A stretch of 59,483 nt of DNA from Chiloscyllium plagiosum. Taxonomy: Eukaryota. This document shows positions 13,596 through 25,890 of the stretch, piece by piece (within the stretch, counting starts at the first letter, position 1; every line of letters begins with the position of its first letter). The translations under genes were made by a program, and so were the position numbers. The stretch lies in the NCBI RefSeq assembly GCF_004010195.1, contig NC_057720.1:35513294-35572776 (forward strand). The letters are read 5' to 3'. The notes under the pieces were generated by a model, which did no database searches, was not told the DNA's origin, and saw nothing but the letters and a program-made list of their open reading frames with translations.

Positions 13596-15784
13596 AGTTC
13601 TTTTGTAATTCCCACCAACTTCAATTCTGTTCAGATTCCTTGATGCCATACTTAGGCAAATGTTGCTGACTTAATGTTAAGCAGTGTCATTCTTTTCTCT
13701 GGAATATAGCACCTCTTGCTGAAGTTCAGGCCAAAGCTGCAAATTAATTCTGGAGTCTAGTCACCAAGCGGAAACCAAACAGTACAGTAAGCAGCCTACT
13801 GGTGAGAAAGTGCCCCTCAAAAGCACAATCCATTATTTCTTCCATCACTTTGCTGACGATTTAGAGTAGATTGGTGAGGCAATAATTGACAGATTGAACT
13901 GGTCCTACTTTTTGTGCGCAGGTCGTGTCCAGCCATTTTCTTCACTTTATCTGGAAGATTCAATGTTACAGCTGTACAAGGCAGCTTATCTGAGGCACAG
14001 CTAGTTCAGGAGCACAAGTCTTCAGTGTTATAACGAGAATGCTTTCTGGGCCATAGCATTTACTGCATTTTGTGCACTCAGCCATTTCTCAATATCACAT
14101 GAAGTAAATTGAATTTGTTGAAGTCTGATTTCCATGATGGCAAAGTCTCAGAAAGAAGTCAAGATGGATCATTTACATACAACACTTCAGTTTTTTTTGT
14201 ATAAATGTTCTGGACTCCACTATCATTTAGCACTGGAGGTGCTGTTCATGCGGTTGCCCCTTCCTCTCATCAGTTGCATAAGTATCCAACACCATTCACA
14301 ACTGGATGTGGCAGTATTACAGAGCTTTTATTTGATTACATTGGTCATGATTTTTTTTAAGCCTGTTTATAATTTGCTGCTTCCTCTGCATGCTTTTCAC
14401 AACACTGCCTTCCAGTTCCACAAGTCGCTGCCGCACGTGGGTCTCAGAAAACCATGCAGCCATGAACTGGAGGGAATGCTGGTTACAGACTGTAGTGGAA
14501 TATAATTCTGCTGCTGCTCTTGGAACACAGCAACTTATGCCCAACCGTGAGCTATGAGATCTTTTCAGAACCTATCCCTTTTGCATGGCAGTAGTGCCTT
14601 CAATACAATGGAGCGTAACTTCATTTTGAAAATGATACACAGACTCCACAAAGACCATGCATGGTCACTCCTACCAATCAGGTCAGGGACACATGAATCT
14701 GACAAGCAGGTTCAATCTTATCTCAGTCACACTGACAATATCCCAAATAGTTCATGTAGACAGCTGTAATTATTTCCTGAATTATAAAGGATTAAGTGAC
14801 ATTAAGAGGAATTGCTAAAAGTTAAAAACTAAAAGGAAGTTACAAAATCTATTCCAGGTTGTTGACAATAGAACTTGCAATTTCAGTGACAGCAAATCAA
14901 GCTTTCAGCAGCATCTTGGTTCATCACCTGAGTCAGAAAAGTGCTCCAAATGGAGAAGGGCAAACGTGTTCTGGTTGAGTTTAGTGAGTATCTATCACTT
15001 AATTAAAGCAACTTTTCATCATTCCAGTTGCACAGAGATATACTATTACACTACCACTTCAGGTCAAGCATCACAACTTCCTGATTACCATGTTTAACTG
15101 CATGTGGGACCACAAGATATTGCTGCCTCACTTACATTTTAATTATAGCTATATTTTTCTTTCTTACAGAAAACTCCAGGCCAGAATGTGATAGGACACC
15201 AGATACAAGAAGAAGAGTAATGGTATTTACGCATAACGGTGTAATTTTTAACAGAATTAATACAGAACACCAAAAGGCAAGTAATTCCTGCTACATTTTT
15301 AATATATTCAGAATACTGGAAAATTTCAGTTCTGATTTTCAGGGTCTAATTCCTCATCCACTGAACAGCACCATACAGAATCATAAAAATGATGAACCTG
15401 GCAAAGGTCTTTGGTTATTACAATACTTAGTATCTTAGCCATATCCAAGCCATGTACAGGATACATGCAAATAGCTATATCCAAGAGAACAGTCATTCTA
15501 AACTTCTAACCTCCCGCCTGGTGACTTTTCTATGTTCTGTTACAATGCTAAAATTAAGAAATCAGTCAGTAAGAATTCACAGACACTAGATCACATCCTA
15601 TTAATGCAAAACCAAAGTGCTGTTGTTGTAGCAATTCCACTTCATGAGATTTAATGAAAATTCTTTTGAACCAATTGTTTTTAAAGCCAAAAAGACAACG
15701 ATAGCTAGCTCCCTCCTCCTTACTTCTGCATTCAGAGAGAGGTGGAGGATTAATATTGTACTATCTAGTCACAATGTGATCGCC

Positions 15785-15960
15785 GTTAAACTGGGAAGAC
15801 CAAACATGCACTTGATAACCAAATTGTGAACCACTCTGTTCAGTCTGGATGCATGCCTCCAAAATTCCAGGTCGTATGTCATTTTAATTCTCCACCTTGC
15901 TCCCACTGACTTTTTTCTGTCATTAACCCACTATGGTGTTCAAATTAAGTTCAACATACT
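15785..15960 (+). mobile_element. Decayed Penelope GIY-YIG region, interrupted by CR1
   Basis: Degenerate match to the ...CHFNSPPCSH... region; appears to resume at about 16460. Confidence 0.5.
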
Positions 15961-15961
15961 T

Positions 15962-16459
15962 AGAGTCATAGAGATGTACAGCATGGAAACAGACCCTTCG
16001 ATCCAACCTGTCCATGCCGACCAGATATCCCAACCCAATCTAGTCCCACCTGCCAGCACCCAGCCCATATCCCTCAAAACCCTTCCTATTCATATACCAT
16101 TCCAAATGCCTCTTAAATGTTGCAATTGTACCACCTTCCACCAATTCCTCTGGCAGCTCATTCCATACACGTACCACCCTCAGTGTGAAAACGTTGCCCT
16201 TTAGATCTCTTTTATATTTTCCCCTCTCACCCTAAACCTATGCCCTCTAGTTCTGGACTCCCCAACCCCAGGGAAAAGACTTTGCCTATTTATCCTATCC
16301 ATGCCCCTCATAATTTTGTAAACCTCCATAAGGTCACCTCTCAGCCTCCAAAACTCGAGGGAAAACAGCCCCAGCCGGTTCAGTCTCTCCCTATAGCTCA
16401 AATCCTCCAACCCTGGCAACATCCTTGTAAATCTTTTCTGAATCTTTTCAAGTTTCACA
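15962..16459 (-). mobile_element. CR1 LINE 3' fragment
   Basis: ORF 16201-16458 (KLEKIQKRFTRMLPGLEDLSYRERLNRLGLFSLE...SRTRGH) is the CR1 ORF2 C-terminus; CTATGACTCTA tail. Confidence 0.95.
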
Positions 16460-16539
16460 TCTCATTTGGCTCTTTATATAGTCTCTGCATTCAACAATGG
16501 TTTCAATTAAAAAACATCACAATCTTTGCCACATTTTAT

Positions 16540-17039
16540 NNNNNNNNNNNNNNNNNNNNNNNNNNNNNNNNNNNNNNNNNNNNNNNNNNNNNNNNNNNNN
16601 NNNNNNNNNNNNNNNNNNNNNNNNNNNNNNNNNNNNNNNNNNNNNNNNNNNNNNNNNNNNNNNNNNNNNNNNNNNNNNNNNNNNNNNNNNNNNNNNNNNN
16701 NNNNNNNNNNNNNNNNNNNNNNNNNNNNNNNNNNNNNNNNNNNNNNNNNNNNNNNNNNNNNNNNNNNNNNNNNNNNNNNNNNNNNNNNNNNNNNNNNNNN
16801 NNNNNNNNNNNNNNNNNNNNNNNNNNNNNNNNNNNNNNNNNNNNNNNNNNNNNNNNNNNNNNNNNNNNNNNNNNNNNNNNNNNNNNNNNNNNNNNNNNNN
16901 NNNNNNNNNNNNNNNNNNNNNNNNNNNNNNNNNNNNNNNNNNNNNNNNNNNNNNNNNNNNNNNNNNNNNNNNNNNNNNNNNNNNNNNNNNNNNNNNNNNN
17001 NNNNNNNNNNNNNNNNNNNNNNNNNNNNNNNNNNNNNNN
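16540..17039. other. Assembly gap (500 N)
   Basis: Run of exactly 500 N. Confidence 1.
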
Positions 17040-17857
17040 AGGTATGATTTGAGCATGCTGCTGAGTAACCTAACCAGTATTATCTCAAAATAAAGTGTTT
17101 ACAGGTTTTTTTCAGCATGTGTTTTTAAATTTATTTGTAATAACTTACATTTTTCACAGTCATAATAAATTCTATGTTTGCTACTTCCTTAGCTGCCTTG
17201 TTTATTTCATATGCACCCAAAGAAAAATAGTTAAGGTTTTATCAGTGTTCCCAAGTTCTGCTTTAATATATATATTGAATTAATACTGTTTCCTAATTTC
17301 TTATTGTTTTGTAATAACCTTCTGAAATAAAAAATTTGCTGGATATGAATTGTAAATGAAAAATTCTAGTGTGCTTTGGCTAATCTCAATACAAGTATTC
17401 TTTCAAGCGGCCATCAGTGGTGGTACTTTTGACTGTGGTTACCTAATAAGAGTTCCAGCTCTGGGGAATTTGTCCAACAAGAACTAAATTAGTAAAATGT
17501 TGATGCTGTATTTTAATTAACTGATCAGTGGTCTGACTACAAGCTTAATATATTACATCTCCTAATTACCTCTATTTTCTCCCTAAACATAATATATCAG
17601 ACTTGGAGCACTATATATTTGGAAGAATTATATGAAGTGAGTACTCCTGGGTTTTTTTCCACAAAAATCAAAGTAGTAGTTCCTTTTGATTTCACACACT
17701 TGGATTGTAATGAAGACTACACAAGATAAGAACTGTATATAAAAATTTACAAAATTAATGGAGTTTTCAAAATGGATGCCAGTTTGCACTTTTCACTGGA
17801 AATGACACCATTGAATTCATGAACAATATGCCATATTGGAATAGTTTTACATATGTA

Positions 17858-18285
17858 CATATAAAATAGGAGTAGGCTATTCAGCCCTTTGAGCCTGCTT
17901 TGCCATTCAATGGGATCGTGGTTGATCTGACAGTGGCCTCACCTTCACGTTCCCCTATTTAATATTAAAACAAGATATTATGCGATTTTTTATAATCCAT
18001 TCCCCTTGCAATATAGGCCATTATTCTGTTTATCTACCTCAGCACTCGCTATACCAGCAAACCAGCTCTTGGTGATTCATATACAATCTACCCAGATCTT
18101 CCAAAATGCTGTTATAAGGTGAAGAGTCAACTGAAAATTTTGAAACTGTGTGACAGATTTTAGTTAATCTAGATATCGAAAGTGGTGGATCCTAGGTGGA
18201 CAGCTGGAGTTAAATTACAGGAAATTATGATTTACTTGAATGGTGGAACAGTTTCAAAGGCTGAATAGCCTATTTCTCTTCCTAT
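17858..18285. mobile_element. Two decayed CR1 3'UTR remnants (minus ~17858-18100, plus ~18150-18285)
   Basis: ATAGGAGTAGGCTATTCAGCCCTTTGAG and the complementary GGCTGAATAGCCTATTTCTCTTCCTAT tail motifs. Confidence 0.6.
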
Positions 18286-18494
18286 AGAGTTGCCAGGCTT
18301 TATGAGGCCACTTTTGCTTCATGTTTGGTGTGTTGAGGTTTTATTTTGGCTTGCTAGCTGCTGAAAAATTGACATTAGGAATTGTTCTGCCCTCTTTAAC
18401 AATCATCTGATTATAATTCCTTTTCATCACAAATTTATGGTTCAAGATGTGAAGTTAATGTTAAGAATTTGAGGTTTTAAAGTTTGATGTTTAA

Positions 18495-18615
18495 AATAAC
18501 AAAGATTTGCATTTCTTTCACAAACATGGGACAATGCAAAATGCACCACAGCCATTAGAGTATTTCTGAAGTGTAGTTACTGCTGAACTGCAGAATACAC
18601 AGCAAGATCCCATAG
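18495..18615 (-). mobile_element. DeuSINE/L2-like 3' tail remnant
   Basis: AAAGATTTGCATTT ... ACAGCCATTAGAGTATTTCTGAAGTGTAGTTACTG ... CACAGCAAGATCCCA. Confidence 0.55.
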
Positions 18616-18759
18616 ATATTATTTTACTCAATGCAATCACGTTTCAGAAATTGCAACAAGGTGAACCAATGAACACTGTGAAAACATTTATTTTCTGATT
18701 TATTTTGACCGTCAGATTGTTTCCTTGGTTACTCCAGTTGACACAGATTGCAGCCTTCA

Positions 18760-19340
18760 GTTGTTGCAGCAGCATTGTTTTCTGTGCTACTGAGAAAGCT
18801 TCCTCCACCAAGGATTTCCCCACCAAGGACCTACCATGCTTGACAATAATCCTTGTCCATCTTATTTCATACACATCCCACCCTGTTGCCTTCAGCCCCG
18901 AACCTCAGTTGATTCGCCCTGTCCTTAATTTCTACCCACTAGCATCTGTGTTCATTGCACAATCCTCTGCCATTTCATCTGCTTCCAGTATGAGGCCTGC
19001 ACAATCAAACACATCCTTCCTGCTCTTCCAAAGACATGATTCAATTCATGATATCCTGGTCCAATCCTCAATAAACTCTGCTCCCTTTTCCTCAGCACCT
19101 TTGCATGAGAGTGCAGGAAATGCAACAACCATGCTTTTAGTTAATCTTTCCTCATTGTTCAAGGCCCAAGCATTCTCTAGGTCAGGCAGTAATTTGTATG
19201 TAATTCTTCCAATTAATATGCACTGAATTCTTTGCTCGCAATACTGTCTATTCTTCATTGGGTGAGACCAATTGTAGGTTGAGTGACTGCTTTTTGGAAT
19301 CCTCCATTCAATTTCCAAGTGGAGTGAGCTTCCTGGTCAA
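18760..19340 (+). mobile_element. Decayed Penelope ORF (linker, Cys motif and GIY-YIG)
   Basis: Frameshifted motifs appear in the expected order: PVLNFYP, FQRHDSIHDILVQS, QGP, (I)GET..RLSD.F.E. Confidence 0.65.
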
Positions 19341-22300
19341 ACTGAGTATGAATTGAGTCCTGAAACTGTAGAAAAATAACGCAGAGTGAGGTCCTCACAT
19401 AATCTTGCTCTGAAGATTTCCTGTGGAAGAAAAATTCTTGTGAAAGATTTCCAAAAAGTATTAAAATGATGGGAAAACCTGCAACAATGTAGTTGGCTTT
19501 TGATTCAGAACCATTATTTTCACACGTCTGCACTATGTATTAATGGTTCAGTTATTTCCTGTGACCTCAAATTGAACTACTTCCTGCCCCTTCATAGCAT
19601 GGGAGGATAGATGAGATTTGAAACCAAGATTCAAAGTATAATGAAGATATTGACTGGGAAAGCCAGGCATCTCCAGGTCTTTCAGCAATTAGTTAAAATA
19701 AACTTGCCAGAGCAAGGGACTTTTATTTCAATAAACATTTATACGTATGGACCATAGATGAAAGAGCCTATTTCAGACACAGAATAATTTGGTTTTTCAG
19801 TATCATGTCTGCAGAATTAATTACATGTAATATCTATTTTGTTAGTGTTTCATGTTAGCTATTAGAAAGTTTTAATTGGTTAATCAATAATATCTGAGAC
19901 TCAAAAGAAACTGCTGCTCATCAAGCTATGAAATATTTAGGGTGATTTTAGAGACATAAATAATTGTCACTCAGTTAAATGGTGAAAATATTGAAAACAA
20001 TAAAAATCATCAGATTTAATCTTGAATCAGCTTATCTGTGAGATAAAAAAATATTGAAAAGCATAAGGTATTTTCTAACAGCCACTTTTGTAAATTACAT
20101 GAGGATTCAAGAGGCTAAAATGACATGTTGTATCTGTGCCATGAATCTGAGATGTTGGCTTATGAAGCCCACTTCTCGTCTCTCAGAGCATAGAGAAGGA
20201 GGGAGAAACCTTGAAGTTCTGTTAATTTCTTGCTCATTTGACAGATTGCAGAGCAGTGAAATGGTGGGACGGACTCCCACCGAGACAACACAGCTATAAC
20301 CAGGGGATAGTTTGTGTAGCAATTGTTTGCTCTGACCCTCAAAAGCTCCTGATCTGTAACCGTGAAATCTCTAATCTCATGGTGGCAGGAGGGAGGAGTA
20401 GAAATCACACATTCCACCGACACCAAAATATTCGAATCGTGGCTTATCTTGTCTGCTCATATGCTTTCATCTGCTTCAGTATGTAATATACCGTGGATTT
20501 GTTTTTGGTTTATCTACAACATGTTCTATGAGTACATTCAAAAATTCAATACAAGTTAAGTAAATTTAGAGATTACTAAAAACTTATTGTTATCTTTAAA
20601 AGTTCAGAATAAGATGTTCCTATTCAAACTTTATAGCAAATATGAAAATATCAATATGTCTCAAATTGATGCAATCCATTCAGGAATAAAATAATAATCT
20701 TCAACTGCTGCTGAAATATTTAAGTTCTTTGTCTTATGTTTTGATAAAAATAGATTTTACAAAAATGTACAGATTTAGAAGTTTGCATCTGCTTAGATAT
20801 TGATTTAAAGATCAAAGTTTTCAAGTTTTGAAAAATAGTTCAGCGATAAAATGGTGTTGACCTTAAATAGTTTAAAAATAACAACAAAAGTTTGCATCGT
20901 TTCAATTCATCAGGCAACTGCACTGAGTTGAAACATTAAATTTCTGTTTTCTTTAAATTTATGTCTGTTAAACCATTTTACATAAGATTCCCCCCTGCCC
21001 CAACTCTGTTGTTTGAACAAATGTCTGAACTGTTGAGTGGAAAAAAAGGATAGAAGAAAAAAATGCTGCGTGCAGATGGTGTCGTGTTTTCGATGGCCTT
21101 CATGCTACCAAGGGATGTTTTCCCTTCCCTTCTCTTCCTCTATTATGCAGAAGTTTCTTGAGTGGGTGTGAATGTTCTCCCCTCTGTCTCACTTTGTCTT
21201 TTTCTCCTCAATGCACACTTTCAAGCCTTTCCCCTTGTTAAGTCCAGTGTGCAGTGCCGTGAATTAAAAATGAGTAGGCAGAGACGCTATAAAATAAACT
21301 CTCTGGAATTGTGGGTGGCCATCAGGAACCCAGACAAAACTAAAGCTGAGAAACAAGATGCAGGCAAAACACCATTTATAAGAGGAATAAAAATCTATCT
21401 GAAATCTTTTTCTGTTTGCAGATAGACGTTATTTTCAAGAACGTTAGAATCTTAGTCTGGCATTAAAACACTATGCCATGGATTGAGCATCAAAAGGTTT
21501 TTAAGCACAGAATTTCAGTGGGTGTTTTGTGTGCGTCTGCAGCATAAATAATGGTAACTTTATGGTTATTAGGTGCAAGTGAAGACACAGTGGCATACAA
21601 GCAAAGAACACCAGCTCTCCTTCAAAAGAAACAGCCTGGCATAAAATGTTCTGATAATTGCATTACTGTGGGGTTTAGTCTTTTTTTTGTGTCTGATTTG
21701 TCCCTTAAGCCAGCGTAACGCTTCTGCTGCTGAAGGAGAATGTGAACTGCAAATCGTAGGCAGAGCGTGAATGACACTACATGGTACAACTGCTGCTTTT
21801 CTTTAAAAAAATCTCTCTGCTACTGCATTCAGCTACATTCTTTTCCCACTCCCCAACTGTTTCCTGTTCTCTCCCAACATGTACATGTGCATATAAGCAA
21901 AAAAAAAGGCAAAATGTGAAGATTCACAATCATCTAGGTCTGTGTGATTCCTTACTGTCAAGTTGAACTTGTGTATTGCAGTTGGCAGCTATCTCAACCT
22001 CATAACAAGGAGAGATTGCATCTCTCAAGTGAAGAGGGTTCCTTGGATGTGAAGTATTGGTTTTGGGATAGGTTAAGAGGGGCCACAGCAGCATGAAGAT
22101 TTCAAGCTACACATCCGTCTGTATTTTGACAAGATGTTGCTTTTTTTTTGCAGCCCCTTAGAGTTTAGTCAAGGAAGGCTTTCTTTTGTTTTGCACTCTC
22201 GAAGAATAAATTGAAGAAAGTTATAAGGGCATATAATTTCTTAGTATTCCCATTTGTATTAAAAGGAATCTTATAAACTTAATGATTTTGTTTCTAAGTA

Positions 22301-24339
22301 TGGTAGATTATAGTAATATTCTCATTCAAGTATTTTTAATTTGACTGAATTAGAATTGTGGTTCTTAAAGTGAAAGTAGACATTGAAAAGGTGGATAAAT
22401 AATAAATATCAGCTATTTATTTTAAAGTTGAAAACATATTTGAAAAGAGACAGCATTTAATCCTTCATTACATTATTTAAATTCATTTTTATTATTATCA
22501 TTACATCTTCTTTTCTTTATTTCTGGTGCTATCACTGTAGCTTTTGTTTGCGAATGGATCCACACTGATCAAAAAAATCCTAAACTGAACCTTGATCAAT
22601 GTAGGATCGCAAGTAATGAAATGCCTGCTCTGTAGCAGAGGCTGTCTGCATATGGGTAACAATAGCCTGGAATCAGTATAAATTTTAGAGCAGAGGGGAA
22701 GAAAATCAGGTTGGGATACAATTTTTTTTTACTGTCAGCAGGTCTTGCCATGATTCAACTTATTTTCTTTGCCCATGGCACATTTTAAATTTTCTACAAG
22801 GTGATTGGGAATGGTTGATATTAAAAGCAGTGAACAAAACGTAATGCAATTCATTAGACCAATTAAAACTTCCTCAACATTGAGAAACATTTTTCAATGC
22901 AGTTTCTTTCTTTAGGATTCTTTCTGTGTTTGCTTTATCTTCAGTTGCTGATTTTCTGCAGGTTAACATGTTGATGCAAACTGTTACAGAGTGAAACGTT
23001 ACTCACCACTTAACCAGCAACACCACATAGATATACAGCTATAATGTGTCATTCATTCCATTTAAATGTATTTCACGCCTGTATGATTTGCAAAATGTAG
23101 TTGATTGCTTCCAGATGCTAGCTGGATTTTGAAAAAGCTGTTTGCATTTCTAAAATAAAATGCAGCAGAAAACTCAGTTTAGTGCAGATCGGCATAAAAC
23201 GCAACCTTTAAAAATTTTACTTCATCTATGCTTAAAATATTATCACTTTCAATCAAATAGATTGTATATCTCATTCAGTCTCATTTCCTAATAACATGAC
23301 CATTAAAATAATTGTGCAGTTAAAATAATATGAAATTAAAAAAATGAAAATATGGAAGTGTGTTGCTGATATTTTCCTCTAATCCCATTTATTATCATTA
23401 GTCTAGTTTGGGAAGTTGACTTGCATTGATTTTTTAAAATAATATACTCTTGTTTTAAAAAGAAATGATAACAACATTGCAAGTTTGTGTATTTAACATT
23501 ATTATTGTTAATAATCAGAGTACATCCAAGCTTATCAAGTCAGGGAGTGTTGAAATGCCACCAAAGTTTTCTGCCAAAGTGGCCATCACATCTTGACAGT
23601 CATAATGTGGCCTGTCTTCTGACCCTTAAATGCACTCAAAAGGATCAGGTTTTTCTGTATTATCCAAGAGCTTGAAAAGGACCAAGCAAAATAGGGCTTT
23701 TGTTAATTCTCTCTCCCTTTCTCTCTCTTTTTAAAAAAATCTAATGATGACTGCTGTTTTTTATTGGTACGGAGACAGTGGTGACTGACTGTTAGCAAGC
23801 CATCTGTGCCAGCATTTAGGTCGATGCATGTAAAAACTGTACAACGCTTGGAAAAGAAGCCTATTTAGCCGTCCATATTCACTGCATTAACTCTTTTGTT
23901 TGCACTTCACACTTAGTGGACAAAATATGCTTGAACACTAAATTTAAGCTTATGTCAAATGATGCTTTGGATCCATTTGCATTTGTTTGTTCTTCCAGAT
24001 TTCGTTGTTTGTTTCATTCTCCCGCCCTTTCTCCCCTTTTTTAATTGCTCTTGCAGACCATTCACAACAACATATGCTGTGCCAGTAGCCAGGGCTAAGT
24101 GTTTTCGGCTAACTTCTCCATGACTGGTTTCATTCACATTGATCCCTCTTGTTGATTGGCCAGTAAAATAGATGGCAGGGGTCATTATTTTCGTTTTTGC
24201 TTCCCTCCATCAAATACCTGCTCCTGCATGGAACTCCATCTAGTGGACCAACTAACATTGATAAAACCAACCTGACAAGAGGGGAAATAGTGTGGGAGGA
24301 GGTTCGTTAGTCTGAGGAAAGTTTAACTTATCAAACTAG

Positions 24340-24745
24340 ACTAATGATTGTAGACAAAGAAAATTTTGACAAACTACTATCCTATCAGTTTAAATTTGTT
24401 GGTGGGAAAACTTTTAGAAGTGATAAGTTGGGCAAAAATAACTCTCTTAAATAAGCATAAATTAATTAAGGAAAGCCAGCATGGATTGTTAAAGACAAGG
24501 TTCATCTTCATGGTCAATTGAATCTCTTGCTCAGCTACCAGGGAGAGTTGATGAGGGTAATATAGTTGATGTGGTATATATGGGCTCATAATAGGCATTT
24601 GATAAACTATCCCATAGCAACAGGTTTACTGGAAAGTTTGAAGCATACGGAATAAAAGGAACAACGGCAGCATATAAATGAAATTGGCTGATTCACAATA
24701 AACAATGCATAGTGATGGATAGTTGTTTATCAAACTGGAATAAGG
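24340..24745 (+). mobile_element. Decayed CR1 RT fragment
   Basis: Degenerate YYPISL..VGKLLE ... LIKESQHG ... VDVVY ... AFDK motifs. Confidence 0.75.
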
Positions 24746-25039
24746 TAATATTTTCTCTAAGTTCTCTTTTCTCATACTATGACTACTGTTTATCTTGAAC
24801 CTTATAAATGTCTTGAAAAATAAAGTTTATAAAAAGCGTTAAATACCAGCTCCAGTATACTTGAAAAAATACAAAAGGTTGGTGTAATGCAAAAGTTGAG
24901 GAGTTGCAATGCATCACTGAGGAATATGATTCATGTTTTTTACATTGTGCTGAAGATATAGTCCACTAACCACAAACATTGCTGTTTTCCTAACAGCTGA
25001 TGAAAACAAGCTAATCATTGGTACAAGGCTGTAATGGAG

Positions 25040-25200
25040 GAGGTGGTGATTTCAGTGTATTGTCACTGGACTAGTAATCCAGAGACTCAGGCTAATGCTG
25101 TATAAAGCCTATCATGGCAGACTGTGAAATCTGAATTTAATTACTTAATCTGGAATTACCAGTTAATCCAATGATGACCATTGAAACCATGTCTTGTAAG
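25040..25200 (+). mobile_element. tRNA-derived SINE remnant
   Basis: GTCACTGGACTAGTAATCCAGAGACTCAGG head shared with 59110-59305. Confidence 0.55.
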
Positions 25201-25500
25201 AATTATTTTGTAGGGCTTTACAAATGTTTGGGTGTTTTTGACAAAATTGAAAGAGCCATGCTACAGACGTGCATTTGTCCATAACAGTATTGATAGAATG
25301 ACCACTTGATAATCCTTGTGAAGATGAGGGCCCACCCTCACACCAAGAATGTCTTCCACCACATTCTGTGGTACCACCACGTTTTGTGGTACTACCACTA
25401 TGCTCAATGGAATAGGCTTCAAACATATCTAGCAAGTAAAGACTAGGCACTCATGAGTCGCTGTGGACCATGAGAAGCAGCAGACTGCTAATCAACCATA

Positions 25501-25632
25501 GTTCTGAAGAAGTTATATCAGACTTGAAATGTTTACTCTATTTCTCTCTCTACAGATGATGTACCCTCTGCTGTGTTTCCTTAGCACTTTGTTTTTATTC
25601 CAGATTTCCAGCATCTGCAGTACCTTGCTTTA
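25501..25632 (+). mobile_element. Penelope pLTR remnant (family D) with decayed hammerhead
   Basis: TTCTGAAGAAG...GACTTGAAATGTT ... CAGATTTCCAGCATCTGCAGT; homologous to 28965, 44098, 50207 and 56037. Confidence 0.65.
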
Positions 25633-25890
25633 AATGTTATTAACCATACCTGTAACCTCATAGCTGAGCATCTCCCCCATTATAGCATTGCCACCAAGCC
25701 AGAGGATCAAACACAGCTCAATGAAGAGTACATGAAGGCATGCCAGGAGCAGCACCAGCCATACCTAAAAATGAGCTGTCAACTTGGTGAAGCTACAACA
25801 TAGCACAATGTACATGCCAAACAATATAAGCAGTATATGATCGACAGAGTTAAACAATTCTACAATCAATAAATCAGATGCAGGCCCTGC

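Larger units (their letters stand above)
12690..14760 (-). mobile_element. Old decayed CR1/L2-group LINE
   Basis: Minus strand near 13640-13690 reads like a degenerate LDIKAAFDRVWHQG RT motif; related to 25440-27520. Confidence 0.6.

Noticed and set aside
13342..13649. Near-identical peptides encoded on opposite strands
   Set aside because: Consequence of the DNA palindrome, not genes.
15155..15245. Good acceptor TTTCTTACAG followed by a short open frame
   Set aside because: No convincing donor site or protein similarity.
16240..17093. Long ORFs in the ORF track
   Set aside because: Artefacts of reading through the N gap and antisense CR1.
18705..19226. 173-aa ORF with a signal-peptide-like start
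   Set aside because: Overlaps a decayed Penelope ORF whose motifs shift between frames; no host-protein similarity recognised.
23743..23790. ATGATGA ... CTGA, C/D-box snoRNA-like
   Set aside because: Only about 45 nt between boxes, no terminal stem and no recognisable guide sequence.
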